From Patescibacteria group bacterium (GTDB lineage Bacteria; Patescibacteriota; Gracilibacteria; UBA1369), in contig JAHJEW010000098.1 of NCBI GenBank assembly GCA_018825335.1, positions 1 to 36,533 of the forward strand: a DNA stretch of 36,533 nt. Direction: 5' to 3'. The notes beneath the pieces were generated by a model. The model saw nothing but the letters and a program-made list of their open reading frames with translations. It was not told the DNA's origin and did no database searches. A program made the translations under genes and the position numbers. Shown piece by piece: positions 27,532 through 35,229 of this stretch. The first letter of the stretch is position 1. Every line of letters begins with the position of its first letter.

Positions 27532-30500
27532 CTACCAGGTGATACGGATGGCGTAGTACGTGCATCCGTTCAGTGAGACGGTGTACGTGGTGTTGACCAC
27601 GTTTACCGTCGCGGGGGTGTACCCGCTCCCCTGCACCTCGAGGGTGCTGCCGCCCCAGGTGGGGGGCAGGGAGTAGGGCGAGCACCGCCGCTCCACGGAC
27701 ACCGGTGCCACCGACGAGGTGAACACCAAGAGTCCGTTGTTCTCCCAGGCCATTGCCCGGTCGCCGGCGGCGTAGGTGCCGCTGACGTTTCCGGACGAGC
27801 AGTTCCAGTCATCGGAAGTGCTCGCCGCGGGGTCGATCGTCGTTCCTCCGGAGAAGAACTTGACCGACTTGTAGCAAGAGTCACCGATAATGGTGACGCC
27901 CGCCGGGCCCTGCGGCTGCTGTTGCAGCGCGCAGATGCCCCCGACGCAGGTCTCACCTACGAGGCATGCGTTGCCGCACGCTCCGCAGTTGGCCTCGTCG
28001 CTCGCGAGGTCGGCGCAGGCGCCCCCGCAATTGGTGTACCCTTGCGAGCACGCCGTTTTGCAGGCGCCCTGGTCGCAGACCAGGCCTTGCCCACAGACCG
28101 CGCAGGCGGGTCCGCAGGCCAATGGATCTTGCATGATGCTTTCGCACCATAGATCCAGGTCGCAGTCCAGCGTGCCTTGGGAGCACGACAGGACACACGA
28201 CCCGCCCGAGCAGACTTGGTCGTTGACGCATGCGTTGCCGCACGCGCCGCAGTTCTGCTCGTCGCTCGACAGGTAGACGCAACTGCCGGAGCAGTTGGTC
28301 TGGTTTAGACCGCACGTGCTCTTGCACGCGCCGTCCGTGCACACCTGCCCTTGCGGACAGATGGCGCAACCCGGACCGCAGGCGGTCGGGTCACTCAGGA
28401 TATGCTCGCAGACGAAGTCTGCATCGCAGTCCTGTTCGCCTTGCTTGCACGACACCACGCAGGTGCCGCCCGAGCAAAGCTGGTCTCCGATGCATGCGTT
28501 TCCGCATGCACCACAGTTGTCCTCGTCCGAGGACACGTAGACGCAACTGCCGGAGCAGTTGGTCTGGTTCGGACCGCACGTGCTCTTGCACGCGCCGTCC
28601 GTGCACACCTGCCCTTGCGGACAGATGGCGCAACCCGGACCGCAGGCGGTCGGGTCGCTTTGGATCTGCTCGCAGACATTGTCTGTGTCGCAGTCCATCA
28701 TCTGCTCCGGACACGAGAGCACGCAGCTCCCGCCGGAACAGATCTGGTCTCCGACGCATGCGTTGCCGCACGCGCCGCAGTTGTCCTCGTCGGAGGACAG
28801 GTAGACGCAACTGTTGGAACAGTTGGTCTGCCCTGTGGCGCACACTGACTTGCAGGCGCCACTCGAGCACACCTGCCCCTGCGGGCAGATGGCGCAACCC
28901 GGACCGCAGGCGGTCGGGTCGCTTTGGATCTGCTCGCAGACATTGTCTGTGTCGCAGTCCATCATCTGCTCCGGACACGAGAGCACGCAGCTCCCGCCGG
29001 AACAGACCTGATCTCCGACGCATACGTTGCCGCACGCGCCGCAGTTCAGGGGGTCGCTGCCCAAGTGTACGCATGCGAGTCCGCATACGCTTAGCCCTTG
29101 AGAGCAACCATAGGTGCAGGTGCCGTTGTCGCACACCTGCCCCGGTCCGCACACATTGCAGCCGAGGCCGCAATGTAGCGGATCCGACCAGATGTAGTCA
29201 CACACTTGGTCGTTGCCGCAGTCGAGCGTGCCGGTGCTGCAATGCAGCTGGCACGTCCCGCCGAGGCACTGCTGGTCGCCGACACATTGAGTGCCGCACG
29301 ACCCGCAATTGGCTTCGTCGGTCTTGAAGTCGACGCAGCCGCCATTGCACAGCGACATGCCTTGTGAGCAGTTCGCCACGCATTGGCTCTTCTGGCAGAC
29401 CTGTCCCTGCGCGCAAACGGCGCAGAGAGGTCCGCAGTGCGACGACGTCGAAGTGATGTCGTCGCACAGGTTGTCCGCGTCGCAATCGGCCTGCCCCGTG
29501 GGACAGGCGAGCGCGCAGACGCTGGCCAGACACTGCTGGTCGCCCGGGCATACCGTGCCGCAGGCTCCGCAGTTGGCCTCGTCGGAGATTGTGTTTACAC
29601 ACTGACCTCCGCACTCCGTCTGCCCTTGCGAACAGACGGTCTTGCAGGCACCGAGGTCGCAGACCTCATTGACTGCGCAGTCCGTACAGGACGGCCCGCA
29701 GAACGCTGGATCCTGCATGATGTCATCGCAGATCCAGTCGTTGTCGCAATCCTTGGTGCCTTGCGGGCAGAAGAGCCCGCAGATTCCAAGGCTGCACTCC
29801 TGCTGGCCCGTGCACGCGGTGGTGCAGGAGCCGCAGGCCACCTCGGACGACTGCGTGTTGACGCAGCCGTTGAGGTTGGCGCAGTACTGGAAACCGCTTA
29901 CGCAGTTATCCAGGCATGTGCCGTTTTGACACACCTGCGTGCCGGAGCATTGGGCGCACAGAGGCCCGCAATGCGACCCGGACGAGGTAGTGTCGATGCA
30001 CTGGCCGTTCTTGTTACAGTCGGCCGTGCCCTGCGCGCAGCTGACGGGCTCACAGAACCCGCCAACGCACGCCTCCGTGATAGCGCATTTGCTACCACAA
30101 CCTCCGCAGTTGAGCTTGTCGCTCATGACTGCGGCACAGAAGTCCTGGCCGCCGCTCTGGCAGACCATTTCTCCTTCTGCGCAGTCCAGCACGCAGGCGC
30201 TGAACGCGCACGTCTCCCCTCCGGCGCAGGCGTTTCCGCATGCGCCGCAGTGGAGGGGGTCAGTGGCGAGATCCGCGCATGCGTTGCCGCACGCCGTCTC
30301 GCCCGACTTACAGTTCGAGTAGCAGGTGCCTCCCGAGCAAAACTCATTGAGGCCGCATGCGTTTCCGCACTGGCCGCAATGAGCGGGACTGCTAAGGAGG
30401 TTTGCGCAACCTCCATTACAGTCCACTGTCCCCGAGGGACAGTTGTCCGCGCACTCGCCCGAGGCGCAGACCTGCCCATCCGCGCACGGATCACAGTCCG

Positions 30501-30807
30501 TGCCGCAGTGGGCGACATTGGACCAGATGTCTACGCAGGACTCTGATCCGTCGCACACGGCGGTGCCGAGGGCGCAGTTCGCGCCGCCCGATCCGCCGGT
30601 GCCGCCGGCAGCGTTTCCGCCACCGCCGGTCTGGGACCCGCCGTTTCCGGTGGAGCCCCCGGTGGCCGTTGAGCCACCACCACATGGGGGGCGACTGCCA
30701 TCGAGGCATGCAACCTCCCCGGGAGCGACCTCCGCCTGGGGGTCGCTCCAACATCCCGCCGTCAGCGCGAAAATCGCGCAGGCGGCGGCCACTTTTTGCC
30801 ATTTCAT
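27532..30807 (-). CDS. giant Cys-rich repeat lipoprotein (MXAN_6577-like/Stig1-like modules)
   Basis: AAAGGAG SD before MKWQK, TAGC lipobox, Gly-rich linker, 20 tandem 8-Cys modules (D..NCGACGNAC...C..G.C) and a unique C-terminal domain. Confidence 0.85.
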   Translation of the reverse strand: MKWQKVAAACAIFALTAGCWSDPQAEVAPGEVACLDGSRPPCGGGSTATGGSTGNGGSQTGGGGNAAGGTGGSGGANCALGTAVCDGSESCVDIWSNVAHCGTDCDPCADGQVCASGECADNCPSGTVDCNGGCANLLSSPAHCGQCGNACGLNEFCSGGTCYSNCKSGETACGNACADLATDPLHCGACGNACAGGETCAFSACVLDCAEGEMVCQSGGQDFCAAVMSDKLNCGGCGSKCAITEACVGGFCEPVSCAQGTADCNKNGQCIDTTSSGSHCGPLCAQCSGTQVCQNGTCLDNCVSGFQYCANLNGCVNTQSSEVACGSCTTACTGQQECSLGICGLFCPQGTKDCDNDWICDDIMQDPAFCGPSCTDCAVNEVCDLGACKTVCSQGQTECGGQCVNTISDEANCGACGTVCPGDQQCLASVCALACPTGQADCDADNLCDDITSTSSHCGPLCAVCAQGQVCQKSQCVANCSQGMSLCNGGCVDFKTDEANCGSCGTQCVGDQQCLGGTCQLHCSTGTLDCGNDQVCDYIWSDPLHCGLGCNVCGPGQVCDNGTCTYGCSQGLSVCGLACVHLGSDPLNCGACGNVCVGDQVCSGGSCVLSCPEQMMDCDTDNVCEQIQSDPTACGPGCAICPQGQVCSSGACKSVCATGQTNCSNSCVYLSSDEDNCGACGNACVGDQICSGGSCVLSCPEQMMDCDTDNVCEQIQSDPTACGPGCAICPQGQVCTDGACKSTCGPNQTNCSGSCVYVSSDEDNCGACGNACIGDQLCSGGTCVVSCKQGEQDCDADFVCEHILSDPTACGPGCAICPQGQVCTDGACKSTCGLNQTNCSGSCVYLSSDEQNCGACGNACVNDQVCSGGSCVLSCSQGTLDCDLDLWCESIMQDPLACGPACAVCGQGLVCDQGACKTACSQGYTNCGGACADLASDEANCGACGNACLVGETCVGGICALQQQPQGPAGVTIIGDSCYKSVKFFSGGTTIDPAASTSDDWNCSSGNVSGTYAAGDRAMAWENNGLLVFTSSVAPVSVERRCSPYSLPPTWGGSTLEVQGSGYTPATVNVVNTTYTVSLNGCTYYAIRITW
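27922..30576 (-). repeat. intragenic tandem repeat: 20 modules, mostly alternating 45+43 aa (264-bp period)
   Basis: Near-identical DNA blocks 264 bp apart, e.g. 28295 vs 28559 and 28680 vs 28944. Confidence 0.9.
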
Positions 30808-30881
30808 GGCATTCTCCTTTCGTTGTGGCACAGGGGGCGGCCCGGCGAAATCCGGATATCGCCCCCCTTAGCCGCCTGCAC

Positions 30882-31970
30882 TCAGATGCGCAAGCCCACC
30901 ATGATGGGCTTGAACTGGGGCTCGATGCCCCAACTCTTGTCCTGGCCGTCGTAGCCAGGCACCCTGTTATACGGCGTGGCGTTGACCACACCGCAAACCC
31001 CTCCCCCGATGGAGAGGTTCGGAGCCGGGTGGAACAGGACGTTCGCACACGGCTCGACCACGAACACGTAGTTCGTGGCCTGGTTCGCGAACTCGACCGT
31101 CTTGGTCGAGCTCTGAGAAAGGAACGTGTCCGGGTAGGACACGACCTCGAGACCGAGCTGGGCTCCGAGGTTTCCCTCGAGCCAGCTCAGGGGGGCCCAC
31201 GAAACGTAGGGTCCCGCGGTGAAGGAGAACTTCTCCTCCACCGAGTCTGCGTTTACTGGCTGGTTTCCGTCGAACGTCCACACGTTGGTGTGGACGTAGT
31301 TCATCGTCGCGCCCAGCTGGGCGAAGCGGTGAAGGCGGACGAGGATGTCCGCCCCGACTCCGACCGGCACGTTGGTCGCGTGCTGGTCGTTGAGCCCCAG
31401 AAGGGGGCTCATGAGGAACTGCGCCCGCTGCGACAGCGGGCTCCAGCCCTTGAGCTGGCGACCGTAGTCGTCCAGCTTCTTGTCGACGTCCTTGAGGACG
31501 TCGACCTTGGCTTCCGCGACCTCCTCGTGGGTCGCGATCTCCGCCGGAGGCGGAGGAGCCGGCAGGACCGTGAGGTCCCACGCGGCCACCAGCTCGTTCC
31601 CGTACCTGACAGTCAGGTTCGGAAACGTTCCGGCCTGCGCCGTCCAGGCGATGCCGAACTGGGCCACACCATGGAGGTGTGGCTCGTCGGTGTAGGACTT
31701 GCAGCCCAACACCTCCTCGCCCAGGCCCTGCGGCCTGATGAGGTTCTCCTCCGTCCAGGTGGAGCACTCCAACTGGGCGATGAAGAGCACGGAGAGGCGC
31801 TTCCCCTCCGTGGCCACGGCCTTGCGGCCGCTCCTAGAGTCAATCCCCTCCAAGGAGGGGACAAAGAAGGGCACGTCGGCCTTTGCCGACGCCGCAGGTT
31901 GACCTTTTGCCCATCCCGCGACCATCAAGGTCGCGGCGACGAGCGCCCAACTCGTGAAGCGTCGCATCAT
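30882..31970 (-). CDS. GC-rich secreted protein with a probable C-terminal outer-membrane beta-barrel
   Basis: Signal peptide (MMRRFTSWALVAATLMVAGWAKG), PAPPPPA linker, short helix, then alternating strands (VGVGADIL, AQLGATMNY, FSFTAGPYVSW, LSIGGGV) ending IMVGLRI. Purine-rich SD GAGGAAAGGA. Confidence 0.62.
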   Translation of the reverse strand: MMRRFTSWALVAATLMVAGWAKGQPAASAKADVPFFVPSLEGIDSRSGRKAVATEGKRLSVLFIAQLECSTWTEENLIRPQGLGEEVLGCKSYTDEPHLHGVAQFGIAWTAQAGTFPNLTVRYGNELVAAWDLTVLPAPPPPAEIATHEEVAEAKVDVLKDVDKKLDDYGRQLKGWSPLSQRAQFLMSPLLGLNDQHATNVPVGVGADILVRLHRFAQLGATMNYVHTNVWTFDGNQPVNADSVEEKFSFTAGPYVSWAPLSWLEGNLGAQLGLEVVSYPDTFLSQSSTKTVEFANQATNYVFVVEPCANVLFHPAPNLSIGGGVCGVVNATPYNRVPGYDGQDKSWGIEPQFKPIMVGLRI

Positions 31971-32157
31971 TGCTTAGCTTCCTTTCCTCTTGCTGGTCGC
32001 GGTTTCGGGCCCGGAGGGGCCATAACGCACCATGCGTTATAGTCCCCACCGCGCCGCGGGACTCACTCCATCTTTTTGTATCGGCCAATAAAAAAAATCG
32101 GCATACTCAAAAAAACGGGGCGAGTCCCACGGCAAAAAAAATATGATTCTAAAATAT

Positions 32158-32246
32158 AGCGCACTTTGCTCCGCTTCGTGCGTGGGGCGTTTTTCGCTTC
32201 TCTCACTTCGTTCGCTCCACAGCGCACTTCGCTCCGCTTCGTGCGT
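32158..32246 (+). repeat. two direct copies of the REP-like 26-bp hairpin repeat
   Basis: AGCGCACTTYGCTCCGCTTCGTGCGT at 32158-32183 and 32221-32246 (25/26 identical); stem GCAC/GTGC. Confidence 0.8.
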
Positions 32247-32257
32247 AGTAAGCCAAA

Positions 32258-32269
32258 TTGTTAAAGATC
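32258..32269 (-). promoter_or_regulatory. boxA-like motif, cassette 2 leader
   Basis: GATCTTTAACAA(TTT) on the minus strand, close to rrn boxA GCTCTTTAACAA. It lies within the inverted-repeat arm. Confidence 0.6.
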
Positions 32270-32403
32270 GCCAACTCCACCTTCTATCGCAGTGGCCGGT
32301 CGTCAAAGCATGCCTTTCCGCCCTCCGCTGGTGCGGATGGCTCCAAGTGCACTGATTTTGGCCCAATTTCCACTAGACAGGCAGGATTAAAGAATTGGAT
32401 GAG

Positions 32404-32432
32404 AGTTTAACTATATTGCGGACTTTTGTCAA
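32404..32432 (-). promoter_or_regulatory. sigma70 promoter driving cassette 2
   Basis: TTGACA-N17-TAAACT. Confidence 0.75.
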
Positions 32433-32575
32433 CCTTTTTACCGCTTTGCAGCGGTTTTGGAAAGATCGGCAAAAGCCGCAATCAGTAAACGTTAAATTTA
32501 ATGCTTCTTTTGGGCTTCCATTACAGGGCCGGCGGCGTAATAATGGCATCGGACATTATCACTAACAGCAAAGAA

Positions 32576-33706
32576 ATGAAAAAACGGCCGCGGATTGTTA
32601 TTTGCGGGAACTACGGAGCCACGAATCTTGGCGACGAAGCGATTCTGGACGGGATTCTTTCGCTGGTCAGAAGATCCATCCCAAACGCGGACATTACGGT
32701 TTTAGGCGCCAATCCGGCCGAGACGGCGGATCTTCACGGAGTAAAGAGCCTTTTTTTGCTTCCGGCGGGGGCGCGTTCGCTTTGGCGCGGGGTTTCGGGC
32801 GGCACTATTTGGCGCACTCTGGACGCAATTCGCAAGGCTGATTTGTTTATTCTTGGCGGCGGAGGGCTTTTTACGGATGAGAAGTTTATGGCTGTTTTGA
32901 TCTGGTCACTGCAGGCGCGGATCGCGCGGCTTTTTAAAGTGCCGATTTTCTGCCTGGGGCAGAGCGTAGGGCCTCTTCGGACTTTTTTCGGGCGGATGAT
33001 GACGGCGGGGGTTTTTAAACATTCTGCGGAAATTACCGTGCGCGATGAAGCTTCCCGGGATTTGCTTGTTCGTCTTGGGATCGATGACGCGCTTGTGCTG
33101 GCCGATCCGGCGTTTGTCCTTGCCGCGCCCGAGCCGCTGCCCGAGCGCACAGAGCCTTACGTGGTTTTGTCGGTGCGTCCGTGGAAAATTATGGGCGGCG
33201 AGAGCTTTCGGGATAAGCTTTTGTGTCAGGTTTTAGCGAAATTCGTTGATCGTCTCTGGATGGAGAATGGCCTAAAGACCATTATGGTGCCTTTTCAGGT
33301 CATGGTCGATAACGACGCGAACGAGCTGGAGCGCATTTATGATCTTCTGGAAGACAAAAAGGCCGCGGAGATTTTCTCCTACAGCAGCGATTACAAGAAG
33401 GTTATGGAGCTTATAGCGCGTTCAACGGCCGTGGTTGGGATGAGGCTTCACTCTCTCATTTTCGCGTCGATTTGCCACACGCCGTTTCTGGCGCTATCGT
33501 ACAGCGAAAAAGTGCGAAGTTTTTGCGCGCAGGTCGGCATGGAGGACTTTATTCTTGGTCTTGATGAAGTGGACCTTGCTGCGCTTATGGTCAGGTTTGA
33601 ACGAATTTTGTCTGAACGGGATGCGCTGGTTTTGCGGCTGGACAACAGGGTTTTGCATTTGCGGGCAATGGCGCTTGAGCATGAGGGGATTTTAGAGAAG
33701 TTTTAA
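32576..33706 (+). CDS. csaB: polysaccharide pyruvyl transferase (CsaB-like)
   Basis: GNYGATNLGDEAIL, GGGGLFTD, GQSVGP, VRDEAS, ADPAF, GMRLHSLI, LSYSEKV. Start uncertain (32501, 32543 or 32576). Confidence 0.8.
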   Translation: MKKRPRIVICGNYGATNLGDEAILDGILSLVRRSIPNADITVLGANPAETADLHGVKSLFLLPAGARSLWRGVSGGTIWRTLDAIRKADLFILGGGGLFTDEKFMAVLIWSLQARIARLFKVPIFCLGQSVGPLRTFFGRMMTAGVFKHSAEITVRDEASRDLLVRLGIDDALVLADPAFVLAAPEPLPERTEPYVVLSVRPWKIMGGESFRDKLLCQVLAKFVDRLWMENGLKTIMVPFQVMVDNDANELERIYDLLEDKKAAEIFSYSSDYKKVMELIARSTAVVGMRLHSLIFASICHTPFLALSYSEKVRSFCAQVGMEDFILGLDEVDLAALMVRFERILSERDALVLRLDNRVLHLRAMALEHEGILEKF

Positions 33707-33760
33707 TAGGTTTTTATTTTTTGATAATAATGTTCCGTTACAATGTCGGTACATTTTTGG

Positions 33761-33789
33761 TTGATTAATTTATTATATAAGTTTACTAT
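33761..33789 (+). promoter_or_regulatory. promoter of the TA operon
   Basis: TTGATT-N17-TACTAT. An imperfect palindrome AATGTtCCG..CGGtACATT at 33729-33755 may be an operator. Confidence 0.5.
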
Positions 33790-33794
33790 ACTAT

Positions 33795-34082
33795 ATGAAA
33801 GTATTACTAAGTAAACCTTCAATGGCTACAATTTCTTTTAAGGCCGACGATAGTTTTAAGAAAAAACTTGATGCTCTTGCGGAGAAAAAGGGCATTAATA
33901 CTTCCGCTTTTATCAAGCTGATTCTTACTAAAGAGGTCGGCTGTGAGCTTGCAGAGATGACTGAAAACGGGTTAACGGTTGCGGAGGAGCTGGAAATTTT
34001 GGACTCTGTGAAAAACGACAAGGTTCTTGGACCTTTCTCAAATACCAATGATCTATTGAATGCTTTGAAAGATTCAAAATGA
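33795..34082 (+). CDS. RHH-type antitoxin (RelB/DinJ-like)
   Basis: ATISFKAD..FKKKL..LA...GIN.S.FI ribbon-helix-helix pattern, GPFSNT.DL C-terminus, ATGA overlap with the toxin. Alternative start at 33822. Confidence 0.75.
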   Translation: MKVLLSKPSMATISFKADDSFKKKLDALAEKKGINTSAFIKLILTKEVGCELAEMTENGLTVAEELEILDSVKNDKVLGPFSNTNDLLNALKDSK

Positions 34083-34336
34083 GGATTTTTTTCACGTCGG
34101 GCTTTCAGAAAAAATTTATTAAGCTGCCACTGAATATTCAGGAGCAATTTGGCGTCAGAATTGATCTTTTTATAGAGGACTCATCGCATCCATCCCTAAA
34201 GGTTCATCCACTGAAGGGAAATCTGGCGGGACTAAGGGCTTTTTCGGTTAGCGGTGATTGTCGTGTAATTTATCGTTTATTGGATCGCGATAGTATTGAG
34301 CTAATAAGCATTGGCACACATAGTCAGATTTATTGA
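34079..34336 (+). CDS. RelE/YafQ-family mRNA interferase toxin
   Basis: F.K...KL, HPSLKVHPLKG, FSV.GD.RVIY, IGTHSQIY. Confidence 0.85.
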   Translation: MRIFFTSGFQKKFIKLPLNIQEQFGVRIDLFIEDSSHPSLKVHPLKGNLAGLRAFSVSGDCRVIYRLLDRDSIELISIGTHSQIY

Positions 34337-34570
34337 TAGGTTTTAATGGCCCGGGCCAAGTACACCAATGGTGGCAAGCCATAAAACGGTTGTCGTTCGG
34401 CGAATTTTCAGTTTTGATTTCGTTTGACTTTTGCGCCCTATTCTTGTAATGCTATCTATCCGTCACTATTGTGGCGACGATTTTTCGCGGGTCGAAGGGT
34501 CGTTGCCCGGTGGCAGCGATCTTTGATAGCCCGCATTTTGGGGCCGCCAAGGCGGCCCATTGGAGGTAGT

Positions 34571-35131
34571 ATGTTTCGTTTTTCCCATTTGTTTCGGGTC
34601 GCGTTGGCGACCCTTGCCCTGTGCCTTCTGGGCACAGGGTGCGCGGACGCCACGCCGGTCGCGAAGGCGCCGGCGGTCGCGCCGCCGACGCCCCCCGTGA
34701 AGACGGAGGGCAGGCCTGCATTACCACCCGCCCCCGCGGTCGTGCTGGCGCAGGTCAAGTCATCACCGGGCAACATGCCCGATGACATATACTCGGACAC
34801 GCTGATCCGGGTGGTGGCGTGGGCAGCTGTCGGCCCGCAGAACCTGCAGGTCGATGCGGTCACCGACCTGCCGTTGGGCGGCACAATCGTGCTGCTCAGC
34901 GAGGATCCGAACGTCGTCCTCACAACGGACGACGTCAAGCTGGCGGAGGGGCCGATGCGCCTCCGCCAGACCCAGAGCGGGGTTCAGGCGATCCTGAACC
35001 CCACCGAGGCGGAGCTGAAGAAGCTCCGCGGTGGCGAGCGGTTGCCGCTCGTCTTCCTTTTGGGAGACACCCTCTCCCCCATGGGGGAGAAGAAGTTCCC
35101 CCTCCACGTGGGGCTTGCGCGGCTGGACTGA
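34571..35131 (+). CDS. GC-rich lipoprotein with Pro/Ala-rich linker
   Basis: GGAGGT SD before ATG 34571, LLGTGC lipobox, APAVAPPTPP linker, third codon positions strongly G/C. Confidence 0.78.
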   Translation: MFRFSHLFRVALATLALCLLGTGCADATPVAKAPAVAPPTPPVKTEGRPALPPAPAVVLAQVKSSPGNMPDDIYSDTLIRVVAWAAVGPQNLQVDAVTDLPLGGTIVLLSEDPNVVLTTDDVKLAEGPMRLRQTQSGVQAILNPTEAELKKLRGGERLPLVFLLGDTLSPMGEKKFPLHVGLARLD

Positions 35132-35161
35132 GAAGTCCGGCCGCCGCCCCGCGACTGGAAA

Positions 35162-35189
35162 GGGGCGGCGTGCTTACGCACGCCGCCCC
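35162..35189 (+). terminator. 12-bp GC hairpin downstream of the cassette 3 gene (no U-tract)
   Basis: GGGGCGGCGTGC-ttac-GCACGCCGCCCC. Confidence 0.55.
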
Positions 35190-35229
35190 CATGATTGCGA
35201 TTCATCACACAAAAAAAATGCGGGCTATC

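Larger units (their letters stand above)
27393..32270 (-). other. GC-rich cassette 2 bounded by a 23-bp bipartite inverted repeat
   Basis: CGATCTTT-tttgc-TTTGGCTTAC (27393-27415) versus the reverse complement of 32248-32270, CGATCTTT-aacaa-TTTGGCTTAC (18/23, no gaps). Confidence 0.8.
34518..35229 (+). other. GC-rich cassette 3: boxA-like motif plus a perfect 15-bp inverted repeat
   Basis: GATCTTTGATAG at 34518. GATAGCCCGCATTTT (34525-34539) and AAAATGCGGGCTATC (35215-35229). Confidence 0.85.

Noticed and set aside
25653-32042. Many long alternative-frame ORFs in the GC-rich cassettes (e.g. 30402-32042 +, 29383-30546 +, 28230-29327 +)
   Set aside because: Shadow ORFs expected from high GC and repeats; Arg/Pro-rich with no motifs, and they overlap better-supported genes.
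32158-32246. CRISPR array (26-bp repeats with a 37-bp gap)
   Set aside because: Only two adjacent copies, the gap is made of similar CTTCG-type units, and there are no cas genes.
25674-32246. Integron cassette array with attC sites
   Set aside because: No RYYYAAC...GTTRRRY cores at the gene ends, no intI, and the cassettes carry their own promoters.
25713-35229. Cassette inverted repeats as transposon or MITE terminal repeats
   Set aside because: The three repeat pairs share little sequence, I saw no target-site duplications, and no transposase or integrase is in the window.
25713-35229. GC-rich stretches as contaminating or chimeric assembly
   Set aside because: Each is gene-sized, correctly oriented behind AT-rich promoter DNA and enclosed by paired arms, which chimerism would not produce. 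Read mapping is still needed to exclude it fully.
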